A DNA stretch of 64,000 bases from Octopus sinensis (lineage: Eukaryota). Shown in pieces: positions 1 through 13,676 of this stretch. The stretch spans positions 38,874,001-38,938,000 of the forward strand of contig NC_042998.1 in NCBI RefSeq assembly GCF_006345805.1. The letters are read 5' to 3'. A model generated the notes under the pieces. The model was not told the origin of the DNA, did not search any database, and saw nothing but the letters and a program-made list of their open reading frames with translations. Position numbers and translations under genes: made by a program. Position 1 is the first letter of the stretch, and the number at the start of each line of letters is the position of its first letter.

Positions 1-308
1 AGATGTTAATGTTAACACACATTTATTAATAACAGCATTTTGTAGTTGCGTACCATAATGAAAACGTTTTTAAGTGCTATGGTTGGAGCAACGCTGCTTA
101 AGAGAAGATAGTGATAAGAATATATCGAAAAGACATATGTCTAGTGACACTAAAATAGAGGCAACTCTAAGTTAGGTCGATAACGTGAATTACATTTGTT
201 TAATGTTGTGCTAGGAGGTAGATTTTAAATGCGAAAGCAAAAATTATATAAAGCTGAAAACTTAATGGCCAACTAATAACCTATTAAAGGGCAGGAAATA
301 TGCTTGTT

Positions 309-311
<3 letters not shown>

Positions 312-380
<69 letters not shown>

Positions 381-558
381 AAAGATGTTAAAGAAGGGAA
401 ATGCACACACTTTACATAGTTTTAATATATTTTATATTATGTTTGTCGACCGGTTTCGCTTTCGCTAATCATGGCATTAAAACTATTTTAATTACGTATT
501 CTTTTAAGAAAACATCTTTTTGCCCATGTTGTGTGTGGAGTTTATAAATGAACATTGT

Positions 559-633
<75 letters not shown>
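312..633. repeat. (CA)n/(TA)n microsatellites (312-380, 562-633) flanking a short repeat fragment
   Basis: Direct dinucleotide runs; ORFs 469..711 and 555..803 are translated (TA)n. Confidence 0.95.
443..477 (-). ncRNA. Degenerate hammerhead-like motif (PLE-terminus type)
   Basis: Minus strand reads CATGATTA-GC-GAAA-GC-GAAA-CCGG-TC: palindromic ACCGGT stem III and GUC site, but the CUGANGA core is altered; lies between two (TA)n runs. Confidence 0.35.
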
Positions 634-635
<2 letters not shown>

Positions 636-980
636 TGTGTGTTTGTGTGTGTATGTGACAGGAGAGTAATGTCCTCATTTTCAGCAACAGAGTGGTGTTC
701 AACAAACTCATTCAGTGTCACGAAACGTTATGTCTCGTCAGTCAGAAGCACCCACACCTTTGAGCCGAACTTAAACCGTTGTATTTGTTTATACTTTGAG
801 TGAAAAATTTATTTGCTGACCAGTGCTAATATATCTGCCAACCCATAACAAAAGATCGTTATTCGTACTGTGTACAAAGAAACCTGAAACGAGTATTTGT
901 ATATTAACTCTTAATACGTTCAGATAGGTTCGGACATAAAATATACGCTGTGTGAGAGAAAGAGAATGTAATATTGATTT

Positions 981-1180
981 CAAATTCTAGCGCAAGACCA
1001 GCTTTTACGGGTAAGGGTGCTGGTCGATTACATCGGACCCATTGTTTAACTGGTATTTATTTGTACTGATTCTGAAAGGCAAAGTCGACCACAGCAGAAT
1101 TTGATCTTGGAACGCACAGACGGATGAAATGCCCAGCAATTTTGACCGGTTTGCCAACGATTCTGCCAGCTCGCCGCCTA
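981..1180 (-). mobile_element. tRNA-derived SINE family A, degenerate copy
   Basis: Reverse complement of the AGGCGGCGAGCTGGCAGAATCG head and GTCGACTTTGCCTTTCA body seen in more than 10 copies in the window. Confidence 0.85.
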
Positions 1181-1658
1181 AAGCGGAATCTAATATTAAA
1201 GCGATTTATTAGAAGAGAAACGGGGATAAAGGAGGTGAAGGGAGTATAAGACTTGTGACTTAGCGTTAAATATTATGTGTCACTTAAGACTTGGTGCAAA
1301 GGGGTGTGGAGAAAGGGGAAGGTTGATAGGAAACAGAGAGAGAGAGAGAAAGATGATTTAACTAGACATTAAGCAAAAATATTTGAGAGGGTAATAAAAC
1401 AGTTTGAACACAGACACTGTAAATGATTATAAATAAAATGTTGTATGCTATTAAACATCTATAAAACTATTAAAAGAAATGTGTGTGTGTTCCTTTATGA
1501 GTTTCAAACCAAAGGCTGTGGCTACGTTGTAGTACCGCCAGTGAAGCTGAGTGGACTGGAACACCGTAAGATAAAGTGTCTTGCTCAAGAACACAACGCG
1601 CCGAAGGGCATCGAACTCGCTCACTTATGATTTATTACTATCATATAATTAGAATACG

Positions 1659-1803
1659 CATTATTTACATTTGACGGATATTTGTCCTCATCTTGTTTGT
1701 GGTTAACACAACGTTCCGACTGGTATACCCTCCAGCCTCCATCAGGTGTGTCTTCAATCCTTTATATATTAACCAAAATGAAGTAGAGTGACAAATTTAT
1801 TAC

Positions 1804-1846
<43 letters not shown>

Positions 1847-2387
1847 GGGGTTTGTAGCCCACGCTCTTAACCTCTACACCATATGCCCGTGGGCAGCTAG
1901 TTTTTGATGGAGTTTCTCTGTATGTCTCCATTGAAGTCTAATGTCGGCTCCGTACCGATTAGATAATTCAGTTCTAAATTTAAGAGATGAGGAATTATGT
2001 ACATTATTAACATTTGACGGATATTTGTCCTCATCTTGTTTGTTGTTAACACAATGTCTCGGCTGATATACCCTCCAGCCTTCATCAAGTGTTTTGGGGA
2101 AATTTCGAACCTGGGTTCTCATTCTTAAGGTATTATGGCGTAGTGGTTAAGAGCGCGAGTTAGTAACCCCAAGATTCCGAGTTCGATTCCAGGTAGTGAT
2201 CTGAATAATAATAATAATAATAACAACAACAACAACATCGAAAAATACCTTCCCTAAGACCCCTGATGAAGGCTGGAGGGTAGAGCAGCCAAAACATTGT
2301 GTTAACAACAAACAAGATGAGGACAAATATCCGTCAAATGTTAATAATGTACATAATTCATCATCTCTTAAATATAGAACTGAATTA
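1659..2387. mobile_element. Cluster of SINE family D pieces (tRNA head + (AAT)n/(AAC)n + HHR-like tail): minus tail 1659-1752, minus head ~1800-1890, minus tail 1963-2134, plus copy 2135-2387
   Basis: A box TGGCGTAGTGG, B box GTTCGATTCC; tail CCTGATGAAGGCTGGAGGG..CAGCC..GATGAGGACAAATATCCGTCAAATG shared with 29948-30185. Confidence 0.85.
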
Positions 2388-4280
2388 GATTATAAAGCAA
2401 ACGACAAAATGGTCCTGGTTGTCTCTGTTTCGAATACAGTGGTTGTATCTATATTCAGATAGACCTAACTGCCTACATACACGCGTACGTACCCATACGG
2501 CTATATTCCCATACATTCATACATGTAAAGGTGTACACACTAGCATACATATACCAGCATAAAACTTACTACTATACAGAGAACACTGGTGATAGAATGT
2601 ATAGGTGATTATAAAGATAAAAAATTTAGATAAGAAACAATAATGGCTTGAACCATAAGATTGGGTGACGGGAAAACACATAAAATATTATATAGAATGC
2701 TGTAACAAAGTGTAGAACAAAATTGGAGAGACGAAATTTTTTTAAATGCATTATAAGCCAACAAAAACCGATAATGGTTGGCCAAACTTATGTCGACTAA
2801 CCATTTGGTATCGCCTGGTTGTACATTAGAATTTTCGAGAGGTGTCTACAAAAATTCAAACGCTCCGTCTTGCGACTGAATGTACATTTGTCTTGGAAGA
2901 ATATCAAATACTTTTCGCTCACGCACAACGGACATCTCATAGATTCATGAACATGTTCATGCAACGAAAGAGCTTTAACAAACAAAACCAAAACAATTGG
3001 ATATTAAATAAAGGAGTGGATCTGAACCAGTGCGTGTGCGTTAATTATATTGGCATAATGACTGTCCCTAGACACAACAAAATATAATTAGCAATATATC
3101 TTTTTCTTTCCCTTCAATACTTGGAGGAATGTTTCCAACATCTTGAGTATTATCGTTTTCTATTATCTCATTTATCTCTCTGATTTTAATAACTTTCGTC
3201 ATAGTGTCTTTCGTAGATATTTGGAGAGTTGACAATCTCCTCTACGCATAATGGCAAAATATCAAACAAAGAGAATATCTAACTTCATACAACTGATACA
3301 AATGAGAGGGGCATAATCTATAGGAAAAAGCCTTTATATACCTACGTGAGATTTCTCTTTGTTAAAGATAATTTCACCTCTGGTTTCCATTATGAAACAA
3401 AAAGTATAATTAGAGTGTAATTAGTAATCTCTTAATCGGTTCTACTGAGATTTAAGTCGAAATAGTAATATATGAATATTAAAGGAGTTGTCTGGATCTG
3501 AGTGGCGTAAAATGTGTCATGATGTATCTGAACAATTTTGAGTGGAAGAAACAAAAGAATTAAATCCTGCCATCAACATGTTCATTTGTCCAATCAGTGT
3601 TTCCATTGTAAAACACATTCCTGGACTCAAATTTTCATTTACGCATCCATCGCAAATAGATGCGGCTTCCTTTATTTTTAAACTGTTTTTCTTCCTCTCA
3701 TATGTCGAAATCGACGGAAACGATCATAGCTGCATATAACTATTAAGCTGAACCGGGAAAGAAAACAAAATCCGATCAAATATATTCATAAACACTATAT
3801 GATATACGCTATTCGAGCAAACTCAAATTTGCTTCGTAGCGAAAAATACAATATGGTTATTGAGTTCTGATAAAACGATCTTCTCCTAATGAACGCTTTG
3901 CAATTATTTATAATATGTGACTCGAATCTCAGGATTCTACGACACAAGGTCTCTGTATTAGGTGAGGAACAGCTTTATCAAAAGTAAACTTACTGATACT
4001 TATCCAACTGAATTTCTCGTGACTATAGTAATACCGAGACGATACTGGCAACAAGAGAACTGCGTTACTTCGTTAAGACTTTCAGAAATCATCTGTTTTT
4101 ATCTTCATTAGATGTAAGCAGTGCTGCTGCTGATGATGATCATCTGTCATTCCTCAAGCTTTCAACTAGTACATCCGTCATTAGACTGCGGCCATGTTGG
4201 AGCACCGCCCTGAACAATTTTAGCAGAATCACTTCATTACAATTTTTAAAGCCAAGTATTTAATATATATATATATATAT

Positions 4281-4481
4281 ACTTGTATTTGTTTGCCATT
4301 TGACTGTGGCCATGTTGGAGCACCACCCTTAGTCAAACGAATCGACCCCAGGACTTATTCTTTGTAAGCCTAGTACTTATTCTAACGGTCTCCTTTGCCG
4401 AACCGCTAAGTTATGGAGACGTAAACACACCAACATCGGTTCTCAGGCGATGGTGGGACAAACAGACACACAAGCACACAC

Positions 4482-4530
<49 letters not shown>

Positions 4531-4712
4531 ATATATACATACATACATACGACGGGCCTCTTTCAGTTTCCGTCTACCAAATCCATTCACAAGACTTTGG
4601 TTGGCCCGAGGCTATAGTAGAAGATACTTGCCCAATGTGTCACACGGTGAGACTGAACCCGGAACAGTGTGGTTGGTAAGCAAGCTACTTACAACATAGC
4701 CACTCCTACGCC
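4281..4712 (-). mobile_element. tRNA-derived SINE family B (CORE-like) with internal microsatellite
   Basis: Head GGCGTAGGAGTGGCTATGT, TTGGGCAAGT CORE-like motif, GGATTTGGTAGACGGAAACTGAAAG, tail GGTGCTCCAACATGGCC; multi-copy in the window. Confidence 0.9.
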
Positions 4713-4726
4713 CCTATATATATATG

Positions 4727-4799
<73 letters not shown>

Positions 4800-4820
4800 T
4801 ATATATTATATATATATATA

Positions 4821-5180
4821 CCGTGGCACTCCGTCGGGTACGACGACAAGAATTCCAGTTGATCCGATCAACAGAACGGCCTGCTCGTGAAATTAACGTG
4901 CAAGTGCCTGACCACTCCACAGACACGTGTACCCTTAATGTAGTTCTCCGCCGAGGTCAACTTTACCTTTCATCCTTCCAAGGTCGATAAAATAAGTACC
5001 AGTTAAGCGCTGGGGTCGATATAACTGATTCATCCCCTCCCTCGAAACAGCTGGCCTCGTACCAAAATTTAAGACTAATATTTCATTAACAGGCGATAAG
5101 CTGGCAGAATCGTTAGCACGCTGGGCCAAATGCTTAACGGCATTTCGTCTGTCTTTACGTGTTGAGTTCAAATTCCACCA
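4821..5180. mobile_element. Adjacent SINE fragments: family C 3' part (4821-4948, -), family A body (4949-5075, +), family A head (5091-5180, +)
   Basis: 4821-4948 matches 58997-59125; the A pieces match other family A copies. Confidence 0.8.
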
Positions 5181-6286
5181 CAGCTACTTCCTACAGCTGA
5201 CATTATGCAACTGTTTAACAGAGGGAAGTTAACAGCTTCAATCTGGTCGGTTTCGATGGGCCATTAAACATGATAACAGGCCATTCCTCCAACCCCACCA
5301 CCACAGATCCCTATGACCGTCGTTGAAAATAATTGTTAAAGTTTGCTATGAATGATGCCATTTTGATGAGCAAAAGGCATTTCTCACATATGTGAAAGGA
5401 AAAGGGGTCATTTACTAATCTGAGGTTCTTTAGAAGTTACAGTGTAAAAAGAACACATTTGAGACGATCGTCTTGGCCCACATTTCTGTTGCTGACGGTA
5501 TATGTATTGAGCGTGTATGTATGCGTTGTTAGGAAATTATAAATTATAAAGTGAAGTTAAACAAGTAAACAGACAGTTTTTCATGCTGCACTGTAAGGTC
5601 AGGATGAAGTCCATTGTCAAATAGCCAAATAGCCCATTGTTAATAGCCATACTGTGAAACTCGAACAAATTGGCTGGACCTTGGCAAACCTTTATAAGCA
5701 GAGATAATTGTACACTCAGTTTTTGTGACATTCTTTTTTTTCTGTGAGACGAGGTTCAATTGGGTTCTGGAAGCTATGATTGCCTGTTTAGTTTATTCAC
5801 TTTGTGCTTTGTGTTAGGCATTTATGGATTTATTTATTATGCTCCAGGAATTCGCCAGAACTTTTGTCAGATTTAAAATAATTTCTGTGCCACCTCTGGG
5901 TGAGTACAAAAAATCTCTTAAGTTATGTTATAATATTTATGTGAATTTTGAACCCTGTATCTGTGGCAGGTTGTGTAGTAATTTTGCTAGCTATTTTCTG
6001 TTAAGATAAATGTTGAAAAATTTGTAAATAATAGCTAAATGGTGTATGAATTAATTTTTCATGTAGCCAAATTTTTGTATTAGACAACTAATTTTAAATG
6101 TTGTCTAATGGTTACTCAGCATGTTTGTATGAAGCAGTTTTGTGTGCATTTAAAACAAACTAGAATTTTTGTTTCACTTTTTTTTTATTTTTTACTGTAA
6201 TAATTGATGTAGTCTAGCAGCCGTTTTGTGACATGAACGTTATGCTTAAATGGTTGCTTTGAGATTAGATTTATTTATGTTTAGGT

Positions 6287-6473
6287 CCAAGGTTCGAAAA
6301 CCGAATTTGTGAAACCAGATTTTATGAATCCAAATTTTCGGAATCCATGTTTTTGAAAACCAAATTTGTGAGGCCAATTTTGGTGAAACCAAAATTTGTG
6401 AATCCAGAGTTACGAATCCAAATTTGTAAGATCAATTTGGTGAAGCTGGCCTTTCTGATTCCGAAATTCTGGA

Positions 6474-6475
<2 letters not shown>
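6287..6475. repeat. Degenerate ~15-bp minisatellite (approximately CCAAATTTTGTGAAW)
   Basis: About 12 imperfect units, e.g. ccgaatttgtgaaa, ccaaatttgtgagg, ccaaaatttgtgaat. Confidence 0.7.
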
Positions 6476-6529
<54 letters not shown>

Positions 6530-6879
6530 TATATATATATATATATTACCTTTATAAATATTTTGACTGCATTTCTAGTGTAGCTTTAATTTTGTTCGTA
6601 TATATTTGTTTTGTATGTAAGCTGTTTTTTTTTATGCTGACACTTAATTGTTAAGAATATTTTACAAAAACATTCATGGTGTGTTGTTGTTTTGGGTTCA
6701 ATCCTCGTTGGTTGTGTAAATTCGGGTTATGGCCACCAGGTCGTAACAGCGTGTATGTATATGAATACATGTGTGTATGAGTTTGTGTGTGTGTGTGTGC
6801 ATATGTAAAGGCTAGTGTATATGCCTAGATGTAAGGGAGATATTTGTTTTTTATCATTAATTACCCTTTATCTGTATCT

Positions 6880-7270
6880 GTTTAAAATATTATAGCAGCA
6901 CGGTTAAAATTTTCCGCGTTAGATGAAAACTCAGAAATTATTTTCCTGATGTTTCCGGATATGTTTTCAGAATTTTAAGCAAGTGGTTCTAGTTTTTGTG
7001 AATGTATGGCCTCTTTTAAGCTTCGTGTGGGAACTGTCGGTGCCTAAACTTAGATTCAAACAGATTATCGAAAGCATTTACTTAGTGTTAATACTCGCGG
7101 TAATCTTGATATCAAAGCTTCTACAAACATTAACTAAATCCTTTTCTAAGGCGATATGATTGGTAGCCATTCTCATTGTCTGCTAAGATTCGACCGTCTT
7201 CACTTCCTAATTCTATAATATTAAATCTAGATCGTAGGCTGTCTAAAAGAATGTACTTGAATGGGGTTGC
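6880..7270 (-). mobile_element. Degenerate Penelope-like RT fragment
   Basis: Frameshifted translation ELG..EDG RILAD..GYQSYRLRK/DLVNVCRSFDIKITASINTK..LNLSLG..YIHK..NH..KIL..SSNAENF follows the PLE pattern GLYRDDG..LKIT..N..FLD..YIH..SNHPP..SSN. Confidence 0.6.
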
Positions 7271-8037
7271 TGGTCTCGGATCCAGCACACAAGAAGCCCA
7301 TTCGGAACGTCGGGAAGTTCGATTCCATTAGGCTTTCACTTGAAACTATTACAAAGAGATAGAAGGAACTTTCTGACATGCATCAGAGCATGCATAACCA
7401 GGTCTGGAATAGAAGAACATCAGTGGACAAAATGTAAAGCATTGTGTGTTTGTGTGTGTGTTCGCAGGTGTGCGGGATTTCGATGTTTCTGTTCCTGAAG
7501 AGGACGCAACCACTACGGAATGCTACAAACTGATTCGGCGTGTTATTTGTTTGTTTGTCTCCATAACAAAATGCAGTAAATGGATTTTTTTTACGGATTC
7601 CAATGTGCCTTCTGTATCTTTGAATTGGTAACAAGTTTGTATTTGAGATATTGCGTTTATTCTATAATATATTCCGTCTCTGTGAGCTGCGTAATTTTGT
7701 GCAACGGTGTTGCAGACACTTAGGCCGGTGCAAGAGAATGCAATGCTTGAGTGTGCATCAATATGGTTATGTTTTATTTGGTTATATTCTCTTTCTATAT
7801 AAATGTTTGGTTTCTTCATTTTGTTCATCACGTTGCTCTTCAGTTATATAATTTAATATATTCCAAAATATTCTGTATGCTGCAGTTTCTTTGCATACAA
7901 TACTGCCAGTCAATGAAACACTTGTCAGCTACTCAAAGTTCTCGCCATTTACTGTTGTTACTGTTTGTCAGGCCTCTTCTACTCATAAAAAATTATCGAT
8001 GCCCGGAATATATAAGCTTCTTTACTTTTATTGTTCA

Positions 8038-8262
8038 TACCTATTTCTTTATTACCCACAAGGGGCTAAACATAGAGGGGAGAAACAAGGACAGACATAG
8101 GTATTAAGTCGATTACATCCACCCCAGTGGGTAACTGGTACTTAATTTATCGACCCCGAAAGGATGAAAGGCAAAGTCGACCTCGGCGGAATTTGAACTC
8201 ACAACATAACGACAGACGAAATACCGCTAAGCATTACGTCCGGCGTGTTAACGTTTCTGCCG
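8038..8262 (-). mobile_element. SINE family A with tail 1 (CCCCTCT..GCCCCTTGTGGG..AAAGAAATAGGTAT)
   Basis: Matches family A copies at 19015-19237 and 30475-30708. Confidence 0.9.
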
Positions 8263-8460
8263 TCCGACGTTCCCAGTTATCTGTCGTAACTGCTGCTGTT
8301 GTTTTGTGAAATTTAACATGTAGCTTCCAGATACTTGCTGTTCGGGGCTCATGGGCACGTTCTATCGTGATGCATATTTAGAATTCAATAGATTAGAGTG
8401 TTTATGAAATTGTCACCATTGAGGCCCGGTCATTTTACTATTCTTCATACTTGAATATAA

Positions 8461-8840
8461 TCGCAGGCATGGCTGTGTGGTAAGAAGCTCGCTTCCCAAC
8501 CACATGGCTCCGGTTTCTGTCCTACTGTGTGACACCTTGGGCAAATGACTTCAACTACAGCCTCCGGTCGAGCAAAGTCTTGTGAGTGGATTCGGTAGAC
8601 GGAAACTGAAAGAAGTCCGTCGTATATGTGTTTGTGTGTGTTTGTTCCCATCACCGCTTGACAACCGGTGTTGTTTTGTTTATCTCCTAGTAAGTTAACG
8701 GTTCGGCGGAAAAGACCGATAAAATGAGTACCAGGTTTAACAAAAATAAGTAATGATGTCGATTCATTCAACAACAGAAAGATGCTCTTCAAGGCCGTGC
8801 CCTATCATGGCCGCAGTCTAATCACTGAAACATGTAAAAG
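8461..8840 (+). mobile_element. SINE family B
   Basis: GCAGGCATGGCTGTGTGGTAAG head, ACCTTGGGCAA, GACGGAAACTGAAAG, tail ATGGCCGCAGTC..CTGAAAC. Confidence 0.9.
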
Positions 8841-10391
8841 ATTTGTATCCGTGTAATACTTTTTCTGAGCCTCTAATACATTCACTCATGTGACATAATT
8901 ATTTCCCAGCTCTAACCTGCGCTAAGAAAATCTCGTTGCCATTAAGAAGATACATTTCACATGTCTCTACAAAATGCGGCAAAACAAGTAAACGCATTCA
9001 GATTGTATAACAGTCTTGCAATTGTTTTTCATAGTAAAACCATAAAATCCAAGGAAACTGTTCTGTATCGCCAAAAGCGACGCAAATAAATTCAGCCGAA
9101 TGAATTTTATGAGATGAGGAAGAAAAGGTTTCGCGCAGAGCTCTCAGTCGGAGAACAAGATGAAATGATGGCTAGTTACCATCAGTTTTGAGTTAGCAGG
9201 CCTAAAATTCAGTGTATTCAAATTGTCACTACTCCCACCTTATTAAGGTTTTCTATAACTTCAGCATTTAATGTCCCTTTCCATTTTTTAGATGGCTGTG
9301 TGTCGTTTGAGAGAGATTTTGATATTATAGCAGATTTGGCGCCTAGAGACTCTCACATAGGTTTCAGTAGCTGTAAGTTATCCCTTGGTGTCAGGAACTT
9401 AACACAGATCATCAGGAATCTTATTAGAATTACTAATGTAGTGTGAATACTAGAATATTTGTTCAGTGATTAAGAAAATCTTAATTATTTTGGCAACTAA
9501 GAGAGAGAGAGAGGGGGGAGGGAGGCAAGTCCGGACATGTTTTGATACTATTAGACTTCCTCAGTGATAGCAGAGTTCATCGTATTTACCGAGTATGATC
9601 ATAATATCGTTGTTTACTTCCAGTTAACCTGTGATCGTCCCGTTCTCTTGAGGGAATGTAAAACCACATTATCCAATGCCTCCTTTCTTCTGTTGAACCA
9701 GTAGGAGTTCATTTGAGGGAAATTTGGCTACTATTTATGGCGAGTCTGTAGAACTTCTTTCGCGGATCCATCGATGACAATACTTAGCATCCTTAGATAA
9801 ACAAAATCCTGAAGTTAATTACAAAGTGTGATTTACCTGTATTTTCTTTAGTTACTTTTGGCCGTACCATGTCCACTATACTGTGCTCTCAACAAACACT
9901 CGATGGCATGCAAGTAAGCCGCTAGCCTTTTCAGCTACACCAACTACAAATGGAATTTCTTATTGGAAATATATTCTTTACCTTTCAGACTCTAAGAATA
10001 CAATGAGTTAAGCAACACAAACAGGACAAGGACCATCTGTCAAGTTCCTCCACAGTTTACTAATAAAATACATAAAATACATCTGGCACAAAGAATGCGC
10101 AGATATCTGATTTCGTCGGCTTATCTTTCGTGTATGAAGTATATTTATCAATGAGAGATTTAATTCATAACATTCAATAGATAAGCAGCTAAGATAGAGA
10201 TTTTCTGAAATATTTAGGAGACAGAATAGATAAATAGTTACTGGAATGGTGTTGACTTGAATTTAATAAGATTTCATTTTGACTAAAAACCCGTATGTCT
10301 CTAAGAAATCGCTTACATGATAACGGACAAACTAATCTCAGCTGCCATCTTTTACTTATTTGTCATTAGCCTGCAGCCATGCTGGGGCTTT

Positions 10392-11578
10392 GAGGATTCC
10401 AGCGCTATACCGAACTACTAAGATTGTGCGCGAGTTTATTACCGAAAGTATATTTCAGGCATTCAGCTTTGACGCCAATATTTTCCTCACTCGCCGCAAG
10501 TACTCTTTTTTCATCTTTTCCTTCATGCCGTTGTGTTTGATTCCTTCTGCCTCATATTTTCACGGGTATTTATAGCTGGATTGAGGTTTAATTGCCTTCA
10601 TCATTTCACTGCTTGCCAACCATATGCCTTCTGTCCTAGCAAACTTTCCTCATCTCACCACCATCGTAGCACATTTTGAGAGTCCAAACTCCATCTTAAT
10701 ATCATTGGAGAAAATCCGCACAGACTGAATTAGGCTGTCCAGTTCTGCCTCAGTTTTGTGAATAGCTTCAGGTCGTCCATGAAAAGCAAGTGGTTCAGTT
10801 TTCCCTTACCTCTTCCCAGGTCATAACCCAACTTGTTTTTTTGTGGTATTTCACTCAGGAAGATCATTCTTAACACGAATATCAGTGAGGACACACTGTC
10901 CTCTTGGAAGATTCCTCTCTTCATTTTCACCTCTCCTCGTACTTCCTTCACTGCAGTCTATTCCGTCCTCCAGTATTTCATGATATTCCATATAAGGCTT
11001 CTCATATTTTCTGCTCCTCCATACATTTCCATTGTTCTTGTTATCCAGGAGTGTGGCATCATATTGGATGCGTTGCGATTGTCAATCCATGCCATGCTCA
11101 GGTATGTATGTCGTCTCTTGCAGTTCCTGATATTTAGATTATCAATTAAGAGCTGATCCTTCGTTCCTCGGCTCCTTTTTCAGCACTCTTTCTTTTCAAT
11201 GGGTAGCAGCCCACTTTTTTTCCCAAGTATCTGTACAGTTCACTGGCCAAAGCACTTGACATTAGTTTCCACATTAGCGGAAGACATATCATTGGTTGAA
11301 AGTTGGATGCAACATTTCCCTTTTCAGGATCCTTGTCACATAACAATGTCTTTCCCTTTGTCATCCAGCTGGGTACTGTGTCTTCCTGCAAGCACTCATC
11401 TAGCTGTTGCGCTATCCTTTCATGGAGCTCTCTCAGCTTCTTCATCCAATATCCTTGGACCCTATCCGGTCCTGGGATCTTCCAGTTTGGGAATTTTCTT
11501 AACTACTATTTTTTATCATTTCTGTAGTTATCTTTGTCTTCTTGGACTTCTATATTTCTTAACCTATCTCGGATTTCA
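10392..11578 (-). mobile_element. R4/Dong-like RLE non-LTR retrotransposon, RT fragment (pseudogenised)
   Basis: ORFs 11146..11445 (WMTKGKTLL..KD..NFQPMICLPLMWKL) and 10730..10951 (RGIFQEDSVS..LNHLLFMDDLKLF); frameshifts and stops; 5' end abuts (TAA)n. Confidence 0.9.
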
Positions 11579-11609
<31 letters not shown>

Positions 11610-11621
11610 GTTGTTGTTGTT

Positions 11622-12536
11622 GCCTTTACACAGCTTCTAACGCTGGAGATGTACTACAGTGTCAGGTGTTCACTACCAGTGAACTGGGGTGACATCTCTT
11701 ATTTTTCGAGCACCTTCCGGAGTATTCGAGCGGTTCCAAGCAGTGCTGTTTTCTGCAAGTGCTCCACCCTTATTGCAGCCCCTATTTCTTCCACGTACTT
11801 CTCGAGATTTTTGCTCAGTTCCCGATAATTATTGGTACTACCGCTACCTTTATCATCGACCACAACTGCTTAACTTCCCAAGCTAACCTGTCATATCTCT
11901 CGACTTTTCTTTCTTCATTATCGCATACCTTGTTGTCAGCTGGGCATGCTATGTCTATGATCCAGCATAGTTTGCTTTCTTTGTCAATTAATATTATGTC
12001 TGGCTTCCTATTCTCAATCTCATGGTTGCACTGGATCGTAAAATCCCATAGGATCTTTGCATTTCTATTTGCGACGATGCCTTCAGGTTTGTGGTCGTAC
12101 CAATTTTTTCCTCTGTCAAATCCATACTTGTTGCAAAGTGTCCAATGGACAATCCTTGCTATATTGTCGTATCGTCTCTTATATTCCTTCTAGGCTAGTG
12201 GTGTACATTGGCTGGTAATATGCCATATGGTTTCACCGTTTTGTCCACAGATTCTGCACTTATCACTTTCTGATGTGCTGTCTATTTTGTATTTTATATA
12301 GTTTGTTCTTTGTGCTTGTTCTTGGGCAGCACATATTAGAGCCTCCGTTTCCGGTTTTAAATCCCTTTTAGTCATCCACAGACATCTTTTTCCTCTGTTT
12401 GTCTTATCTTCAACATCCCTATGAAATTGACCATGCATTCTTTTCCTTACCCACCTATTTTCAGTTTCATTCGTTTTCAATTTCTTGTATAGTGCTTTAT
12501 CTTTGCAATTTTTTTTTTTTTTTCAATCTTCACATC
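11622..12536 (-). mobile_element. R4/Dong-like element 3' end (CCHC zinc knuckle + RLE + 3'UTR) followed by (AAC)n(AAT)n
   Basis: MHGQF..DLKPETEALICAAQEQA..KCRICG..ETIWHITSQC; downstream KPDIILIDKE..IIDIACP (PD..D endonuclease); ends GTACATCTCCAGCGTTAGAAGCTGTGTAAAGG. Confidence 0.92.
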
Positions 12537-12882
12537 AATACAGATCAATAATAAACAAATGAGCAAGCAGCATGGACGCGTAACACTGAACTGCCGGGAA
12601 GATTAGATCAAATCTGAAACCATCACGAACCAGGAATTAAGAATCCACAAGAACAATGAAAGGAAACTATGTTATAATGTAAGCCATCTCAGTTTCCTCA
12701 GATGGCTTACATTATATATACAAAAAACATATATAACTTCCCTCAGATACGCCGCCACAGCAACACGTGCGTGAAAATGTAAACACATAGATTTCAATAT
12801 TTCTATACGAAAATTGCAAATTTGTGAGTAAAATATTGGATTTAATATATTAATTACATATACATATCCATATTCATACAAG

Positions 12883-12933
<51 letters not shown>

Positions 12934-13289
12934 AACACACACACACGTATATATATATATGCACATTGCTATCTCTTCTCGGTCTCTCGCGTACACATCA
13001 ATAATAATTGTGAATACGAAAGAAACATCAAGCCATGTCAATGAGCGTTGTTCCGTCAAAAAGTAAATACTGTAAAAACGAAACCCTAACACAACCAACC
13101 AAAGAACGATGGACTAGAACAGGATGAATTGATTCTTTTCAAGCGACGCTGACAACGGCCACTGGTTGTAGTAAACACATTTGACCTCTGCTGAACCGAA
13201 GGGGTACGAAGATCCTTTTGTCTCTATGGCTGACCTCTCCACCATCTGCCGAATCTATTTGTAGACCTGTAGAATATGATCTATTCACC

Positions 13290-13560
13290 AATCTGCTGGT
13301 GGTGATGGTGATAATGAAAAAAAATTAAAATAATGATAATATGCTACAGCAGCTGATACTAAATACTACTAATGCTACAAAAATACTACAACTACTACTA
13401 TTAGGAATCTGAGGCCCAACTATCACCCTTACCACTATCCCCACCCTTGCTACTGTTGCTGTTGCTGCAACCACTGCTACTCCACATGAAAACAATAATA
13501 CCAGTGATATCAGTGGTGATAACAATAACGAAAGGAAACGAGTGGAGCCTCCTTGTGGGC
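13290..13560. repeat. Low-complexity trinucleotide-derived region (ACT/GCT/GAT)
   Basis: Imperfect triplet runs; explains ORF 13325..13657. Confidence 0.6.
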
Positions 13561-13676
13561 TCATAATGATACATCTAGTGATGGTGTCACCATAAAAACA
13601 CTGGTAATTGCGCAACCTGATAATCGCTACCTCATATGAGTGACAATGAAAAAACAAAATATTTTGAATAACGGTG

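Noticed and set aside
9531-9570. Minus-strand CTGAGGA..AAAACATGTC hammerhead-like trace
   Set aside because: GAAA is mutated and stems I and II do not pair convincingly; at most a decayed relic
9851-10006. Two tiny plus-strand exon candidates around gtaagc and ctttcag
   Set aside because: Short, terminate immediately and are expected by chance in AT-rich DNA
13139-13266. Minus-strand exon reading GLQIDSADGGEVSHRDKRIFVPLRFSRGQMCLLQPVAVVSVA*, superficially neuropeptide-like (KR site, PLRF)
   Set aside because: Weak acceptor, no amidation glycine after RF, no linked signal-peptide exon visible
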